Of a DNA stretch of 40,408 nucleotides, positions 9,527 through 18,425 are shown piece after piece (the first letter of the stretch is position 1; each line of letters opens with the position of its first letter). Made by a program: the position numbers and the translations under genes. The stretch spans positions 1-40,408 of the IMG/VR virus record IMGVR_UViG_3300032280_000539, one strand, 5' to 3'. The notes under the pieces were generated by a model that saw only the letters and a program-made list of their open reading frames with translations, was not told where the DNA came from and did no database searches. This DNA comes from a virus (Duplodnaviria > Caudoviricetes).

Positions 9527-9657
9527 CCCATAGTTATTTTTTCTGTGGAGAGTTATGAGTTTGTTATGTAGCAGAGTTGCCCATACCCACAAGTTACATT
9601 AGGATTGGAGTAACCAATCAGGGTGAAAAAGAAGTAGCCCAGAAAGAAAGGGGCGAA

Positions 9658-10008
9658 ATGGCTAAGGTCGTTTCTCCAGCAACCCAAGAGGTTGCTACGA
9701 CAACTCCAGCAGTTGTCAAGGTTTCACGAAAAGTCGTGGAACTAATCAACGAACTCTCAGAGGTTCGTGCTATCGCTAACTCGGCAGATGCCAGAGTTGA
9801 GGAATTGCGTAAAGCAATCTTCGCCAAGGTCGGCAAGGCTGACCAAATCCTTATCCACAACAGCATTGAGGTCGCTCGCATTATCGAGAGCAACCCAGAG
9901 CGTCTAAGCGAGGAATTTCTAAAAGCGAATTTCCCAGACGCATACGAGGCTTCTGTGAAGCCACGCCAGCAGTTCACCATTCGCTCGGTAACACGCCAAG
10001 CGAAGTAA
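9658..10008 (+). CDS. Hypothetical coiled-coil protein, paralog family with 12743 and 19814 (start revised from 9577)
   Basis: L.EVRA...L, L.HN.IE.A, FPDAYEA. Confidence 0.75.
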   Translation: MAKVVSPATQEVATTTPAVVKVSRKVVELINELSEVRAIANSADARVEELRKAIFAKVGKADQILIHNSIEVARIIESNPERLSEEFLKANFPDAYEASVKPRQQFTIRSVTRQAK

Positions 10009-10156
10009 CCAGAAAGGGGCAGGGCGAAAGCCCTGTCCTTTTCTCACACCAACACCAATAGTTATTTTTTCTGACAAGATTCAACATTCCGTAAAAAGAT
10101 TTTCAAAATGTCAGAGAGTTGTGGTTGAATAGATACAACAAACAGAAGGGAACAAA

Positions 10157-10354
10157 GTGGGTTCAGGAATCAACAGCGTAGAGGTCGAGCGTGAGTTCGC
10201 CTGTAAGGACTGCGGTTGGGAAGGTCTTGCCACAGGCACGACTGACGACTATCAGGCTTTGCTAACTGCGGAGTGCCAGAATTGTAAATACATAATGGAA
10301 ATAGACCTTGATGCCGAGCGTGAACACGAACGAGTGTTCGGCGACAGGGATTAG
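10157..10354 (+). CDS. Zn-ribbon protein, tandem paralog of 10369
   Basis: GSGI...CxxC...TDD...ECxxC. Confidence 0.7.
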   Translation: MGSGINSVEVEREFACKDCGWEGLATGTTDDYQALLTAECQNCKYIMEIDLDAEREHERVFGDRD

Positions 10355-10368
10355 GAAAGGGAGTAAAA

Positions 10369-10632
10369 ATGTCCAGCAATTACCCAGAAGGCTCAATGCG
10401 TGGGTCAGGTATCTATTCACAGGAAATTCAGTATGACAAGTTCTTGTGTGATGGGTGCGATAAAGAAAACCCCGAGGGCGACACAGCGACAGACGATTGG
10501 GGCAACTACTCAATCGAGTGCGAGTTCTGTGGACACACACAGACAGAGAGTAGTGTCTCCGAGGACGAGTATGACGCAAAAGCAGATTCCGACTATGACA
10601 CTTGGCGTGACGAGCAAGACGAGAGGGACTAG
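10369..10632 (+). CDS. Acidic Zn-ribbon protein
   Basis: GSGI...CDGC...TDDW...ECEFC. Confidence 0.7.
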   Translation: MSSNYPEGSMRGSGIYSQEIQYDKFLCDGCDKENPEGDTATDDWGNYSIECEFCGHTQTESSVSEDEYDAKADSDYDTWRDEQDERD

Positions 10633-10636
10633 AAAA

Positions 10637-10831
10637 ATGGAAACCAAATACTGCTACGACTGCGAGGCAGACCTAACACCAGAGAACACCAGCGAGTTCG
10701 GCGGGCTTGACAGCGGAAACCTACACGCTTCACGCTCGGTTGGATTCAACACCACAGTCGAGATGTTTACCAAGTGTGACGACTGCCACAACGCCGACAT
10801 TGACAGGCACTTAGAAAATCAATACAACTAA
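10637..10831 (+). CDS. Small Cys protein (start revised from 10400)
   Basis: METKYCYDC...KCDDC; follows stop at 10632. Confidence 0.6.
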   Translation: METKYCYDCEADLTPENTSEFGGLDSGNLHASRSVGFNTTVEMFTKCDDCHNADIDRHLENQYN

Positions 10832-10973
10832 ACACGACTGCCCAATAATTCACGACAGCGAGCGTGAGTTGGGCAGTTACTTTTCCACCAACTCAATAGT
10901 TATTTTTTCTGCGGTTTGTGACACGCCGAAAAAGTTATTACGAATGTCACGATAAAGGAGTAAAGTTTTATCT

Positions 10974-11273
10974 ATGAAGAAAACAATTAGCACATCAGAC
11001 CTAGCAACTAAAGTTTGTAAGAGAGGTCACATAGGGGATTACATTCTCCGAAGCAATGGCAGTTCGGCTTGTAAGTCTTGCGTCCGTATAAGCGTGGTTC
11101 GATACAACAGAGGGACAAGCGAAATCAAGCGTGAAAGACTGATAGAGGATTCACAGGAGCGCCTGACAGACCTAGAGAAACGAATTCAGGGGCTCAAGGT
11201 GGAATTGGAACTTTCCGAAACAGAATACGAGTTTCTAAAAAAGAGGCTTGCGATTCTGGAAACAACCAAGTAA
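10974..11273 (+). CDS. Hypothetical protein with CKRGH/CxxC motif and coiled coil
   Basis: CKRGH...CKSC; heptad-rich C-terminus. Confidence 0.65.
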   Translation: MKKTISTSDLATKVCKRGHIGDYILRSNGSSACKSCVRISVVRYNRGTSEIKRERLIEDSQERLTDLEKRIQGLKVELELSETEYEFLKKRLAILETTK

Positions 11274-11301
11274 AATCAAACCAACACGAAAGGGGTGCGA
11301 A

Positions 11302-11649
11302 ATGGAAACACCACTCGCATTAGAGGACATCACAGGGCTTGCCCTGACTACGCTCGGCGTGCTTATCGAGCAGTATGTAAAAGAGGGCTACGCCGACCCG
11401 ACTATGTATCAGGCACTCAAAGCGAGCACGGCGCTCGCAACACAATTCAAGGCACGGCTTGAGTATGACGGCGAGAGCAACACGGAGTTGCTTGACGGCG
11501 TGACGCAGTTGCTAGTGGACTTAGAGGTGACGGCTATGGAATGTGGCGAGGTGGTAAACCGAATCATTGACGAGCACGGCTTGCCTATTGACAAAGATAC
11601 TTGGCTTAGAACCGACTGCGACCACGCAGACGGCGAGGACGGCGAGTAG
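11302..11649 (+). CDS. Hypothetical protein (start revised from 11248)
   Basis: GAAAGGGG SD before ATG 11302. Confidence 0.7.
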   Translation: METPLALEDITGLALTTLGVLIEQYVKEGYADPTMYQALKASTALATQFKARLEYDGESNTELLDGVTQLLVDLEVTAMECGEVVNRIIDEHGLPIDKDTWLRTDCDHADGEDGE

Positions 11650-11855
11650 TGGGACGGGTAGTGATTCGCCTGAACATAGACCAAGACATTCCAACGGGCG
11701 AGGTTGGAGACCAAATGGTGACGGACTACATTGACCGGCTAGCCCAGACGGACGGCTTGCTGACCCTGCGTGAGGTAGGGTGGGACTTCTACGAGGACGA
11801 GAACCCTGACGGCTCGCTCAAACCGATTGACCTAGAGACGGGCGAGCGACTATGA
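11649..11855 (+). CDS. Hypothetical protein
   Basis: Start/stop overlaps with both neighbours. Confidence 0.6.
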   Translation: MGRVVIRLNIDQDIPTGEVGDQMVTDYIDRLAQTDGLLTLREVGWDFYEDENPDGSLKPIDLETGERL

Positions 11856-12166
11856 CGGGTATGAGATTTAGCGAAGCCCTCGGCGAGGTCGTCAGAGAGC
11901 GACGGCTCGCCCTGGGGTTGACCCTGCGCAAGGTAGCCTCAACGGGTTACGTCTCTATGGGACACCTGTCGGATGTGGAGACGGGTCGTAAAGAGGGGTC
12001 GTCGTCGTTCATCAACGGGGTAGCCAACGGGTTGGGCGTAGAGGCAAGCGACCTGATTATTCAGGCTGGCTTCCGAATGGCTGGCGTGAAAGTGCCAGAC
12101 ACTCCTGAAAGCCTGTTTGAGCCTGGGAGCGTGTGGGCGAATCAGTATGCTGACCTGAAAAGGTAA
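11852..12166 (+). CDS. XRE-family HTH regulator, ClgR/PopR-like
   Basis: LGEVVRERR...TLRKVA...VSMGHLSDVETGRKEGSS...VPDTP. Confidence 0.75.
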   Translation: MTGMRFSEALGEVVRERRLALGLTLRKVASTGYVSMGHLSDVETGRKEGSSSFINGVANGLGVEASDLIIQAGFRMAGVKVPDTPESLFEPGSVWANQYADLKR

Positions 12167-12360
12167 GGTAAACCTAAGTAGCCCAAGAGGTTAGGTAAGC
12201 CTTACTTAACTTCTTACTTTTCCCAATAGTTATTTTTTCTGGCAGGTCTAAAATGCAACACGATGAACTTGCCAAAACTTCAAACCCTGATAGGCTGTAT
12301 ACATCAGCCAACAGGGTTGATAGAAGTCCTAGCCCCAGAGCTAGGCAAAAAGGGGAAACT

Positions 12361-12549
12361 ATGTTTCAGATTTTCGACCTTGAGGGCGAGCGTATCTCTT
12401 GGACACCTGCGGGCTTCGCAAGCCGAGCCGAGGCGTTGGCTTGGCTCAAGAAGAACGCCGAGCCTTGGGGCGAAGAACCACCATTCCGAATTGCCGAGTC
12501 GCTTGATGAGGAATATGTCGAATTCACCTACTACAATGAGCGACACTAA
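12361..12549 (+). CDS. Hypothetical protein (start revised from 12253)
   Basis: AAAGGGG SD, hairpin leader, terminator after. Confidence 0.65.
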   Translation: MFQIFDLEGERISWTPAGFASRAEALAWLKKNAEPWGEEPPFRIAESLDEEYVEFTYYNERH

Positions 12550-12742
12550 CACCAAAACACGAACCCCCCTGTTTGGGCAGGGGGGTTTCTTTTTGCCGAA
12601 CACCAATAGTTATTTTTTCTGATGTTTCTGCGAAATACCGAGAAATTAGATTGCGACTTGTAGGCATTTAGACTAGGCTGTTCACATCAGCCAAAAGGGT
12701 TGGTAAAAGTCCCAGACACAGGGCTGGGCAAAAGGGGTAAAA

Positions 12743-13087
12743 ATGGCTAACGCCATCGCACAGGCAACTGAGGTTGCCAAAGGCTCAAGAGTTGTTGTTG
12801 AGCAAGTAAAGGAACTAACTGAGGTTAGGGCAGAAATTGCCCGCCTTGAGAAACTGAAAGACGCTCTCACCATTGAGGTTGAGAAGGCTTTCGGTGTGGA
12901 CAAGAAGGCCAAGACCTCACGTCACACCACTCTCACTCACAATGGGATTGAGTTTGCTCGATACGATTGGAGAACTCGCAAGGGGATTGACGAGGACAAA
13001 CTCGCCAAAGACTTCCCAGAGGCTTACGAGGCTTGCTACAAGTTGGATAAGACCATCTTTGGCGTGATTGTGTCGCTGTTCAAGTAG
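12743..13087 (+). CDS. Hypothetical coiled-coil protein, paralog of 19814 and 9658
   Basis: VEQVKEL.EVRAEI.RLE...LTH..IEFA..DW..RKG.D..KLAKDFPEAYEAC. Confidence 0.8.
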   Translation: MANAIAQATEVAKGSRVVVEQVKELTEVRAEIARLEKLKDALTIEVEKAFGVDKKAKTSRHTTLTHNGIEFARYDWRTRKGIDEDKLAKDFPEAYEACYKLDKTIFGVIVSLFK

Positions 13088-13281
13088 TCAAAGGCGAAAG
13101 CCCTCACCTTCGGGTGGGGGCTTTTTCCACGCCGTAAATTCACACCACTACTAATAGTTATTTTTTCTGAGACTTTTACGATACGCCACCATAAGTTGCT
13201 AAATGTTGGGGATAGGGTATAGACTACAGGGGTAGTCAGGAAGTCAAGGGGACTGAGGGCTACTAGAAAGGGGAGTTCCAA

Positions 13282-13533
13282 ATGGAACTTCAGACACGTT
13301 TCACCTCACGAGGCTACTGCTTCGCCGAGAACGTTGAGGAAATGGCAAAGCCCGTTTACCTTGTCCTAGACGAGCACGTCGAACTCATCAACGCCCAGGG
13401 CGAGTGGATTACTCAGAAACTAGGGCAGAATGTTCGCTTCGAACTCTCGCTAGATGAGGCATACGAACTCATCAAGCAGGTGGAGAACGCTATCGCCGAG
13501 GCAAAAGCCAAGAGCGATAGAATGCTCGCCTAG
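13282..13533 (+). CDS. Hypothetical protein
   Basis: Cassette gene with SD and terminator. Confidence 0.7.
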   Translation: MELQTRFTSRGYCFAENVEEMAKPVYLVLDEHVELINAQGEWITQKLGQNVRFELSLDEAYELIKQVENAIAEAKAKSDRMLA

Positions 13534-13720
13534 CAACGCCGAGAAGCCCCTCGCAGAAATGCGGGGGGTATTCTCACGCCGCGGTGATTTTACGCGTAGT
13601 TATTTTTTCTGACATTTATGCGACACGCCGTTGATGAATCAGATTGCGGTTCGGCCCAAAATGCACTAAGCTTTTGATGTAACCAAAAAGGGTTGGTTAC
13701 CAAAGGTAAAGGGGTATCAA

Positions 13721-14062
13721 ATGGAATCACTAGAAGTTCGCTTGGACAAGGCCGTAAAGGCCATTCGCAAGGCAGGAATCACTGCCCGCAAAAATGTAAT
13801 GGGGTGTTGCCGTAGTTGCGTAGACCTCGGTATCGCCGACAATGTTCCTGTGGTCTGGCACTATGGTGGGCAGGGGAATCGCCTGTCTGTGTCTGGAGAT
13901 TGGGCAAACACCGAATCTATCTACTTCAACCACGATAACCTGGCCACCGAAGCGGGACTCACTTCCGCGGGAGAGATTGTTCTCAAGGCGTTCGAGGACA
14001 GTGGGCTGGCCGTTGATTGGGATAGAAGCCCCCACAAGTGCTTGGAGATTGTTCTGAAGTAG
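13721..14062 (+). CDS. Hypothetical protein (DUF6891-like CCxxC motif)
   Basis: GITARKNVMGCCRSC; GL.VDW. Confidence 0.6.
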   Translation: MESLEVRLDKAVKAIRKAGITARKNVMGCCRSCVDLGIADNVPVVWHYGGQGNRLSVSGDWANTESIYFNHDNLATEAGLTSAGEIVLKAFEDSGLAVDWDRSPHKCLEIVLK

Positions 14063-14234
14063 GAATCAGGATTCACCGAAAGCCCCGCCGGATCTGGCGG
14101 GGTTTTTTCTTTTTCCGGTTGATAGTTATTTTTTCTGAAAGTATGGGCGACACGCTAAAAAATGTTGTTGCGTAGTTCTGGGATAGGCATTAGAATTTAG
14201 GTAGTTGGAAAGTCCAACAGGAAAGGGGCAACAA

Positions 14235-14450
14235 ATGTTTACAGCAAGAAGATTCGGATTGGCAGTTCTAACTTTGCCGTTCGCAGGTCTGGCTTATGGT
14301 GCGGTCTATTTCGGACTAGCATTGGTCGCTAACACCTACGCGAGTTTAGGTCTATACCTAAGCAACCTCACCGCTCTAGCGTTCGGCTGGATAATCGCGG
14401 TAACTTTCTCAAAGCAAATTCTAGACTTCATCAACAAGATTGGAGAGTGA
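14235..14450 (+). CDS. Small membrane protein (start revised from 14205)
   Basis: Two hydrophobic segments; GAAAGGGG SD. Confidence 0.7.
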   Translation: MFTARRFGLAVLTLPFAGLAYGAVYFGLALVANTYASLGLYLSNLTALAFGWIIAVTFSKQILDFINKIGE

Positions 14451-14451
14451 G

Positions 14452-14529
14452 ATGAGAAACTTCCTAAAAAGAATTGGGCTAGTCAAGCCCGCTGGCAGAC
14501 ACGCCAAGCGAGGCAGACACGCCAAGTAG
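14452..14529 (+). CDS. 25-aa basic peptide MRNFLKRIGLVKPAGRHAKRGRHAK (not in ORF track)
   Basis: ATG one base after upstream stop, GGAG upstream; GRHAK twice. Confidence 0.5.
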   Translation: MRNFLKRIGLVKPAGRHAKRGRHAK

Positions 14530-14530
14530 G

Positions 14531-14581
14531 GTTGTCCCCCACAACACGGGGCTAGGTGAGTTCCCCCACTCGCCTAGCCCC
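14531..14581 (+). ncRNA. Two tandem hairpins with C5 loops (second doubles as terminator)
   Basis: GTTGT-CCCCC-ACAAC and GGGGCTAGGTGAGT-TCCCCC-ACTCGCCTAGCCCC. Confidence 0.5.
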
Positions 14582-14722
14582 ATTTCTTTTTTTGCGGGTT
14601 GCTCGCGAATAGTTATTTTTTCTGGAAAGTTGTAAACACCTAGCGCGATGAGTTGCGTAACGCGGTGGATAGTGTAAACTACAAGTAGTTACAAACAAAC
14701 ACACAACACTAAGGGGATACAA

Positions 14723-15124
14723 ATGGACACAACAAACACCACTCGCGCGTTCGAGATTACTTCAAACTGCACCTGCCAAGTGTTCGAGAGCGAAGATGAG
14801 GACACCCTAATTCCAAGCAATGAATGTTTCGGTTGCTGGGAATATGACAAGGACAATTTCAAGTATGAGATTCTGAACCCTTGGCTGGAAGCAAATGGCT
14901 GGGATGAGGACACCATTGTTTATGTTTACAGCGGGAACATGAATTGGAACAAGGTCGCAGGTTGGACTAATGTTCGCGCGGGAGAAGCCATTGATTGCCT
15001 AACCCTACGCGGCGACTTCACCCTGCGCTACAAGTTGGATGGCAAGGACTTGACTTGCGTTCGCTCAAGCCATGATGAGTATGGCGCGCTATTCACTTTT
15101 AGCAAGGCGGAGGAAGTCGAATGA
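14723..15124 (+). CDS. Hypothetical protein
   Basis: AAGGGG SD; CxC, CxxC and SHD motifs. Confidence 0.75.
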   Translation: MDTTNTTRAFEITSNCTCQVFESEDEDTLIPSNECFGCWEYDKDNFKYEILNPWLEANGWDEDTIVYVYSGNMNWNKVAGWTNVRAGEAIDCLTLRGDFTLRYKLDGKDLTCVRSSHDEYGALFTFSKAEEVE

Positions 15125-15228
15125 TGAGTTGCCCACACGCGGAGATTCGGTGGCTGGACTGCGAGGAACATGGCAGGGACTGCACTGAAAGAGTCTGCGT
15201 AAACTGCGGTGAAAGCGTCACTGCCTAA
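15121..15228 (+). CDS. Small Cys/His protein (35 aa; not in ORF track)
   Basis: ATGA overlap; MMSCPH...CEEH...C...CVNC. Confidence 0.55.
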   Translation: MMSCPHAEIRWLDCEEHGRDCTERVCVNCGESVTA

Positions 15229-15370
15229 CAGAAGCCCCTGCGGAAACGCGGGGGTTTTCTCGCGCGCTAATCCATAGTTATTTTTTCTGTAAGTTTGATT
15301 AGTCGGCGCTCGCAGGTTGCGCGTTTTTCTGGATTGCTATAAGATTGAGGCAACAAGAAAGGGGGCAGAG

Positions 15371-15565
15371 ATGCCTAGATACGCGGTTGAGGTTCAACTG
15401 AGTGGAAATGATGGAAACGCCTATGCGATTATGGGCGCGGTAAAGCGAGCGCTAAAAGAGGCGGGCGCTTCACGCGAGGAAGTCGAGCGCTACTTGACTG
15501 ATTCAATGAGTGGCGATTATGACAACTTGCTAAGGGTCGCAACAGATTGGGTGGAGGTGCGCTAA
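15371..15565 (+). CDS. Small phage protein of the DGNA(Y/F)AIMG type (start revised from 15317)
   Basis: LSGNDGNAYAIMGAVKRAL...SGDYDNLL. Confidence 0.75.
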   Translation: MPRYAVEVQLSGNDGNAYAIMGAVKRALKEAGASREEVERYLTDSMSGDYDNLLRVATDWVEVR

Positions 15566-15957
15566 TGGGTTCGAGAACAACTTGGAAGATTGTCACTAAT
15601 GATAGTGGCGCGGTAACTTGGCTTTATAGCCATTGGGGTGGAGGGAGCAAGTTCGATGACACACAGCGCGCGCTAATAAACGCGATGCCACGCTGGAGCG
15701 ATGCGACCTATGGAGCGCGCTCATTCATTAGCGCTATTGTTCGAGAGAATTGGAGCGACACCACAGGATTCGGAATTACAGCAACGCTGACAGATGCCGA
15801 ATGCCCGTTCGAGGAAAGTTACTTCAACGCGGTGATTGACTTTACAACTGAGCGCGTGACTTTTGGAAGTCGCGAGTGGAGTTTCGAAGAATTCATTGTT
15901 GCCGAGGATTGTAGTGAGGCGCTACAAGATGAGTATTATGAAGCGGAGTTTGCATAG
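15565..15957 (+). CDS. Hypothetical protein (LYSHWGG motif)
   Basis: TAATG coupling; MGSR...LYSHWGG. Confidence 0.7.
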   Translation: MGSRTTWKIVTNDSGAVTWLYSHWGGGSKFDDTQRALINAMPRWSDATYGARSFISAIVRENWSDTTGFGITATLTDAECPFEESYFNAVIDFTTERVTFGSREWSFEEFIVAEDCSEALQDEYYEAEFA

Positions 15958-16014
15958 AGTAGAGTTATAGAGTTCGAACGCGGGCTGAGCAAAAATGTTC
16001 GCCCGCTTCGACAC

Positions 16015-16094
16015 GCGCTAGAGTTACCCCCCTTCCTCTAGCGCCCGCGGGCAGTAGATTACCCCCTTTTTCTACTGCCCGCCCTTTTTTCTTT
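16015..16094 (+). ncRNA. Candidate sRNA/3' UTR with two anti-SD loops, ending in terminator
   Basis: GCGCTAGAG-TTACCCCCCTTC-CTCTAGCGC and GCGGGCAGTAGA-TTACCCCCTTTT-TCTACTGCCCGC then T-run. Confidence 0.6.
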
Positions 16095-16222
16095 TCAGGG
16101 CATAGTTATTTTTTCTGTAGCTTTTTACAAAAAACAAAGAAATGCGGGTCTGAGGTGTAGACTACTCATGTAGTCAGGAAGCCAAGGGGGTGGAGGACTA
16201 CAGAGAAAGGGCAGGGGTTCCA

Positions 16223-16561
16223 ATGGGACTTATTGCGAGCATCTATCGTTCAGATTACGACAGCGAGATGAATGTCTTTTATGGGAAAAGCAAGGTCACG
16301 CTAGTCAACGTGGAGGGGCCATTCAACCCGACTGAAGACGCTCCAGCAGCCAAGTTGATCCAAGGCTACAGGAACACAGCAATCATCGTGCCAGCAGACG
16401 ACAAGTTTGAGGGCGTTCAGATGAATGGCGGAACTTACGCTTCGACCAGCGACAGCCGTTTTCAGAGAGCAGTGGAGATGCTTTCGGGTGTTTCACACTT
16501 CGCCGTAGCAATTCACGACAGACGAGAGTCTTGGGAAGAGCACGAGCGATTCAGCAGATAA
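16223..16561 (+). CDS. Hypothetical protein (start revised from 16190)
   Basis: MNGGTYASTSDSRF...IHDR; cassette context. Confidence 0.7.
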   Translation: MGLIASIYRSDYDSEMNVFYGKSKVTLVNVEGPFNPTEDAPAAKLIQGYRNTAIIVPADDKFEGVQMNGGTYASTSDSRFQRAVEMLSGVSHFAVAIHDRRESWEEHERFSR

Positions 16562-16652
16562 CGAAAAATGGAAGCCCCTCTTCGGAGGGGTTTTCTCTTT
16601 ATACGATGAATAGTTATTTTTTCTGCCAGGTGTGCTGAACTTTTTACGGAAG

Positions 16653-16681
16653 TTGACAAGTTTGCCGGTTGATGCTAGATT
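16653..16681 (+). promoter_or_regulatory. sigma70/SigA-type promoter
   Basis: TTGACA-N17-TAGATT with extended TG. Confidence 0.8.
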
Positions 16682-16718
16682 TTACTTATCGGAAGTTCCG
16701 ATAGATAAGGGGGCAGAA

Positions 16719-17081
16719 ATGCCAAAGCACGCACTACTCGTAAAGGCAGACCTAAACTATGAAGGTCTTGACATCGCTGAGGGTGAACTAAAGAAACTCC
16801 AAACTGCGGTTGATGGTCTTATCCAGCCCGTAGACATTGGCGACACAGTTACTATGTGGGTGAACGAAGAGGGACTGCTACGCGGTGACTTGAAGCTAAA
16901 CCACCTAGCCACAATGCTGATGGAGGAGATTGGCTACAAGACTCCGATTATGGGGGATGTTGTCTTTACAGGCGCACCAGATGAAGATGGCAACACGATG
17001 GAATTCCCAGCTCAAGCAAGCTACCAGCTAATAGAGCTGATTGACTCCTTCAAGGCTGTGATGGAACAGGCCATCGAATAA
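16719..17081 (+). CDS. DUF3846-like protein (start revised from 16632)
   Basis: LQTAVDGLIQ...MWVNEEGL...N..AT...GDVVFTG. Confidence 0.75.
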   Translation: MPKHALLVKADLNYEGLDIAEGELKKLQTAVDGLIQPVDIGDTVTMWVNEEGLLRGDLKLNHLATMLMEEIGYKTPIMGDVVFTGAPDEDGNTMEFPAQASYQLIELIDSFKAVMEQAIE

Positions 17082-17099
17082 TCTAGCCGCAATAAAAAG

Positions 17100-17132
17100 T
17101 TATCCACAGGCTGTGTATAAGTCTGTGGATAA
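17100..17132. promoter_or_regulatory. DnaA-box cluster 1 (3 boxes)
   Basis: TTATCCACA 17100-17108, TGTGTATAA 17112-17120, TGTGGATAA 17124-17132. Confidence 0.75.
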
Positions 17133-17201
17133 TTTTTCTGCCGCAATGCTAATAGTTATAGTTATTTTTTCTGTAAATATAAAAACTTTTCACGGAAATT
17201 G

Positions 17202-17230
17202 TTGACAGATTTTCGCCCGGGCGCTAGACT
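17202..17230 (+). promoter_or_regulatory. sigma70/SigA-type promoter
   Basis: TTGACA-N17-TAGACT. Confidence 0.8.
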
Positions 17231-17257
17231 GATGTTATCAGTTGAAAGGGGAAGCAA

Positions 17258-17449
17258 ATGGCTTCAAAGTTGGAACTAGCGTGGACACCATTGAGCTACT
17301 ATGGCGCTCGGTATGTCGCAACCAGAAAGGTAAAGACCGGACATCTCTGGGACTTATACATCTGTCACGGCTGTGGCAAAGAGTGGAAGTCGTCAGCCAA
17401 AAAGATTGGACACACCCCGGCAGTCTGCGCCCGCAGACAGTTCGCATAG
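17258..17449 (+). CDS. Small basic Cys/His protein
   Basis: GAAAGGGG SD; CHGC...H....C. Confidence 0.65.
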   Translation: MASKLELAWTPLSYYGARYVATRKVKTGHLWDLYICHGCGKEWKSSAKKIGHTPAVCARRQFA

Positions 17450-17634
17450 TCCGGTAGAGAGAGCAACCGGGGAGGAAAATCTCCCCGGTTGTTTTCTTGT
17501 GCCGGGAAGATTGCTTTGTAGTTATTTTTTCTGGGTTACCCCCCCCGCGTGTCGAGTTGTGCTGCCCAGGTAAATGTATTACAGTTGTAACTGTAACCAG
17601 GACGCCAAGGGGGTAGAGGGTTACAGGAGACAAG

Positions 17635-17976
17635 ATGAACGACTACACCACCACCGACTTGGTTATTGACTTGGTAGACGCGGCTGGCTACGGAATCACT
17701 TGGGCAGACCAAGCTCACCTGGACGAGGATGCCCAGACCTACACCCTTGACTTGGACGAGGATGCCACCCTGGAAGCTGGCAAGCCCCAAGTCACGCTAA
17801 CCTTCCAAGCTATCCAAGACGCCCTGGCTAAGCTCGCCCAGGGCGGGATAGCTCACCAAGTAATCACCCAGGCTTGCCAGGTCGCCCTGGACTCACCAGA
17901 GGATGCCGACATTGACTCCGAGACAGCTGACTGCATCATCCAGGTAGCAGCGTTTGGGGAGGTAGTGTTCGGATAG
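17635..17976 (+). CDS. Acidic hypothetical protein
   Basis: Ends DIDSETADCIIQVAAFGEVVFG; lies between the DnaA-box clusters. Confidence 0.7.
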   Translation: MNDYTTTDLVIDLVDAAGYGITWADQAHLDEDAQTYTLDLDEDATLEAGKPQVTLTFQAIQDALAKLAQGGIAHQVITQACQVALDSPEDADIDSETADCIIQVAAFGEVVFG

Positions 17977-18014
17977 CCTGAACACCCTGGAACTCCCTGG
18001 TCCTGGCCGGGGAG

Positions 18015-18068
18015 TTTTCCACAGCCTGTGGAAAGTTATCCACACCCTGTGGATACCCCTGTGGATAA
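18015..18068. promoter_or_regulatory. DnaA-box cluster 2 (5 boxes, 2 perfect)
   Basis: TTTTCCACA 18015, TGTGGAAAG 18027, TTATCCACA 18036, TGTGGATAC 18048, TGTGGATAA 18060. Confidence 0.75.
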
Positions 18069-18182
18069 CTTTGACCCCCAAAATAGTTATTTTTTCTGCG
18101 AGTTATGCGGGCGTTACAAAGTGTGTTGCGTTATTGCGGTAAAAGTGCTAGAGTTTGAGCAACAAACAAGAAGGGGGCAGAA

Positions 18183-18425
18183 ATGCTAAACACACCAGAC
18201 CAAGAGGCGAAGTTGGTTTTCGCTATGACTATGAAGTTGGGCGGGGGAGAAGACAACTACTCCGAGTATGCCAAAGCCGAGATTTGGGCAGAGTGCGCTC
18301 GTAACCCTAGGCTTCGCAACCTAGCCCTGCAATATATTGTGGGCAACAGCAACAGGGCAGAGCTGAACCTATACAGACTGCACACCGCAATTGCTGAAAT
18401 TTTCTTTGAGAAGTCGGGGAGCTGA
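18183..18425 (+). CDS. Hypothetical protein
   Basis: AAGGGGG SD and promoter upstream. Confidence 0.65.
   Translation: MLNTPDQEAKLVFAMTMKLGGGEDNYSEYAKAEIWAECARNPRLRNLALQYIVGNSNRAELNLYRLHTAIAEIFFEKSGS

Noticed and set aside
12166-12215. AAGGTAA/TAGGTAAG repeats as a distinct element
   Set aside because: Short, low complexity and plausibly a weak terminator hairpin
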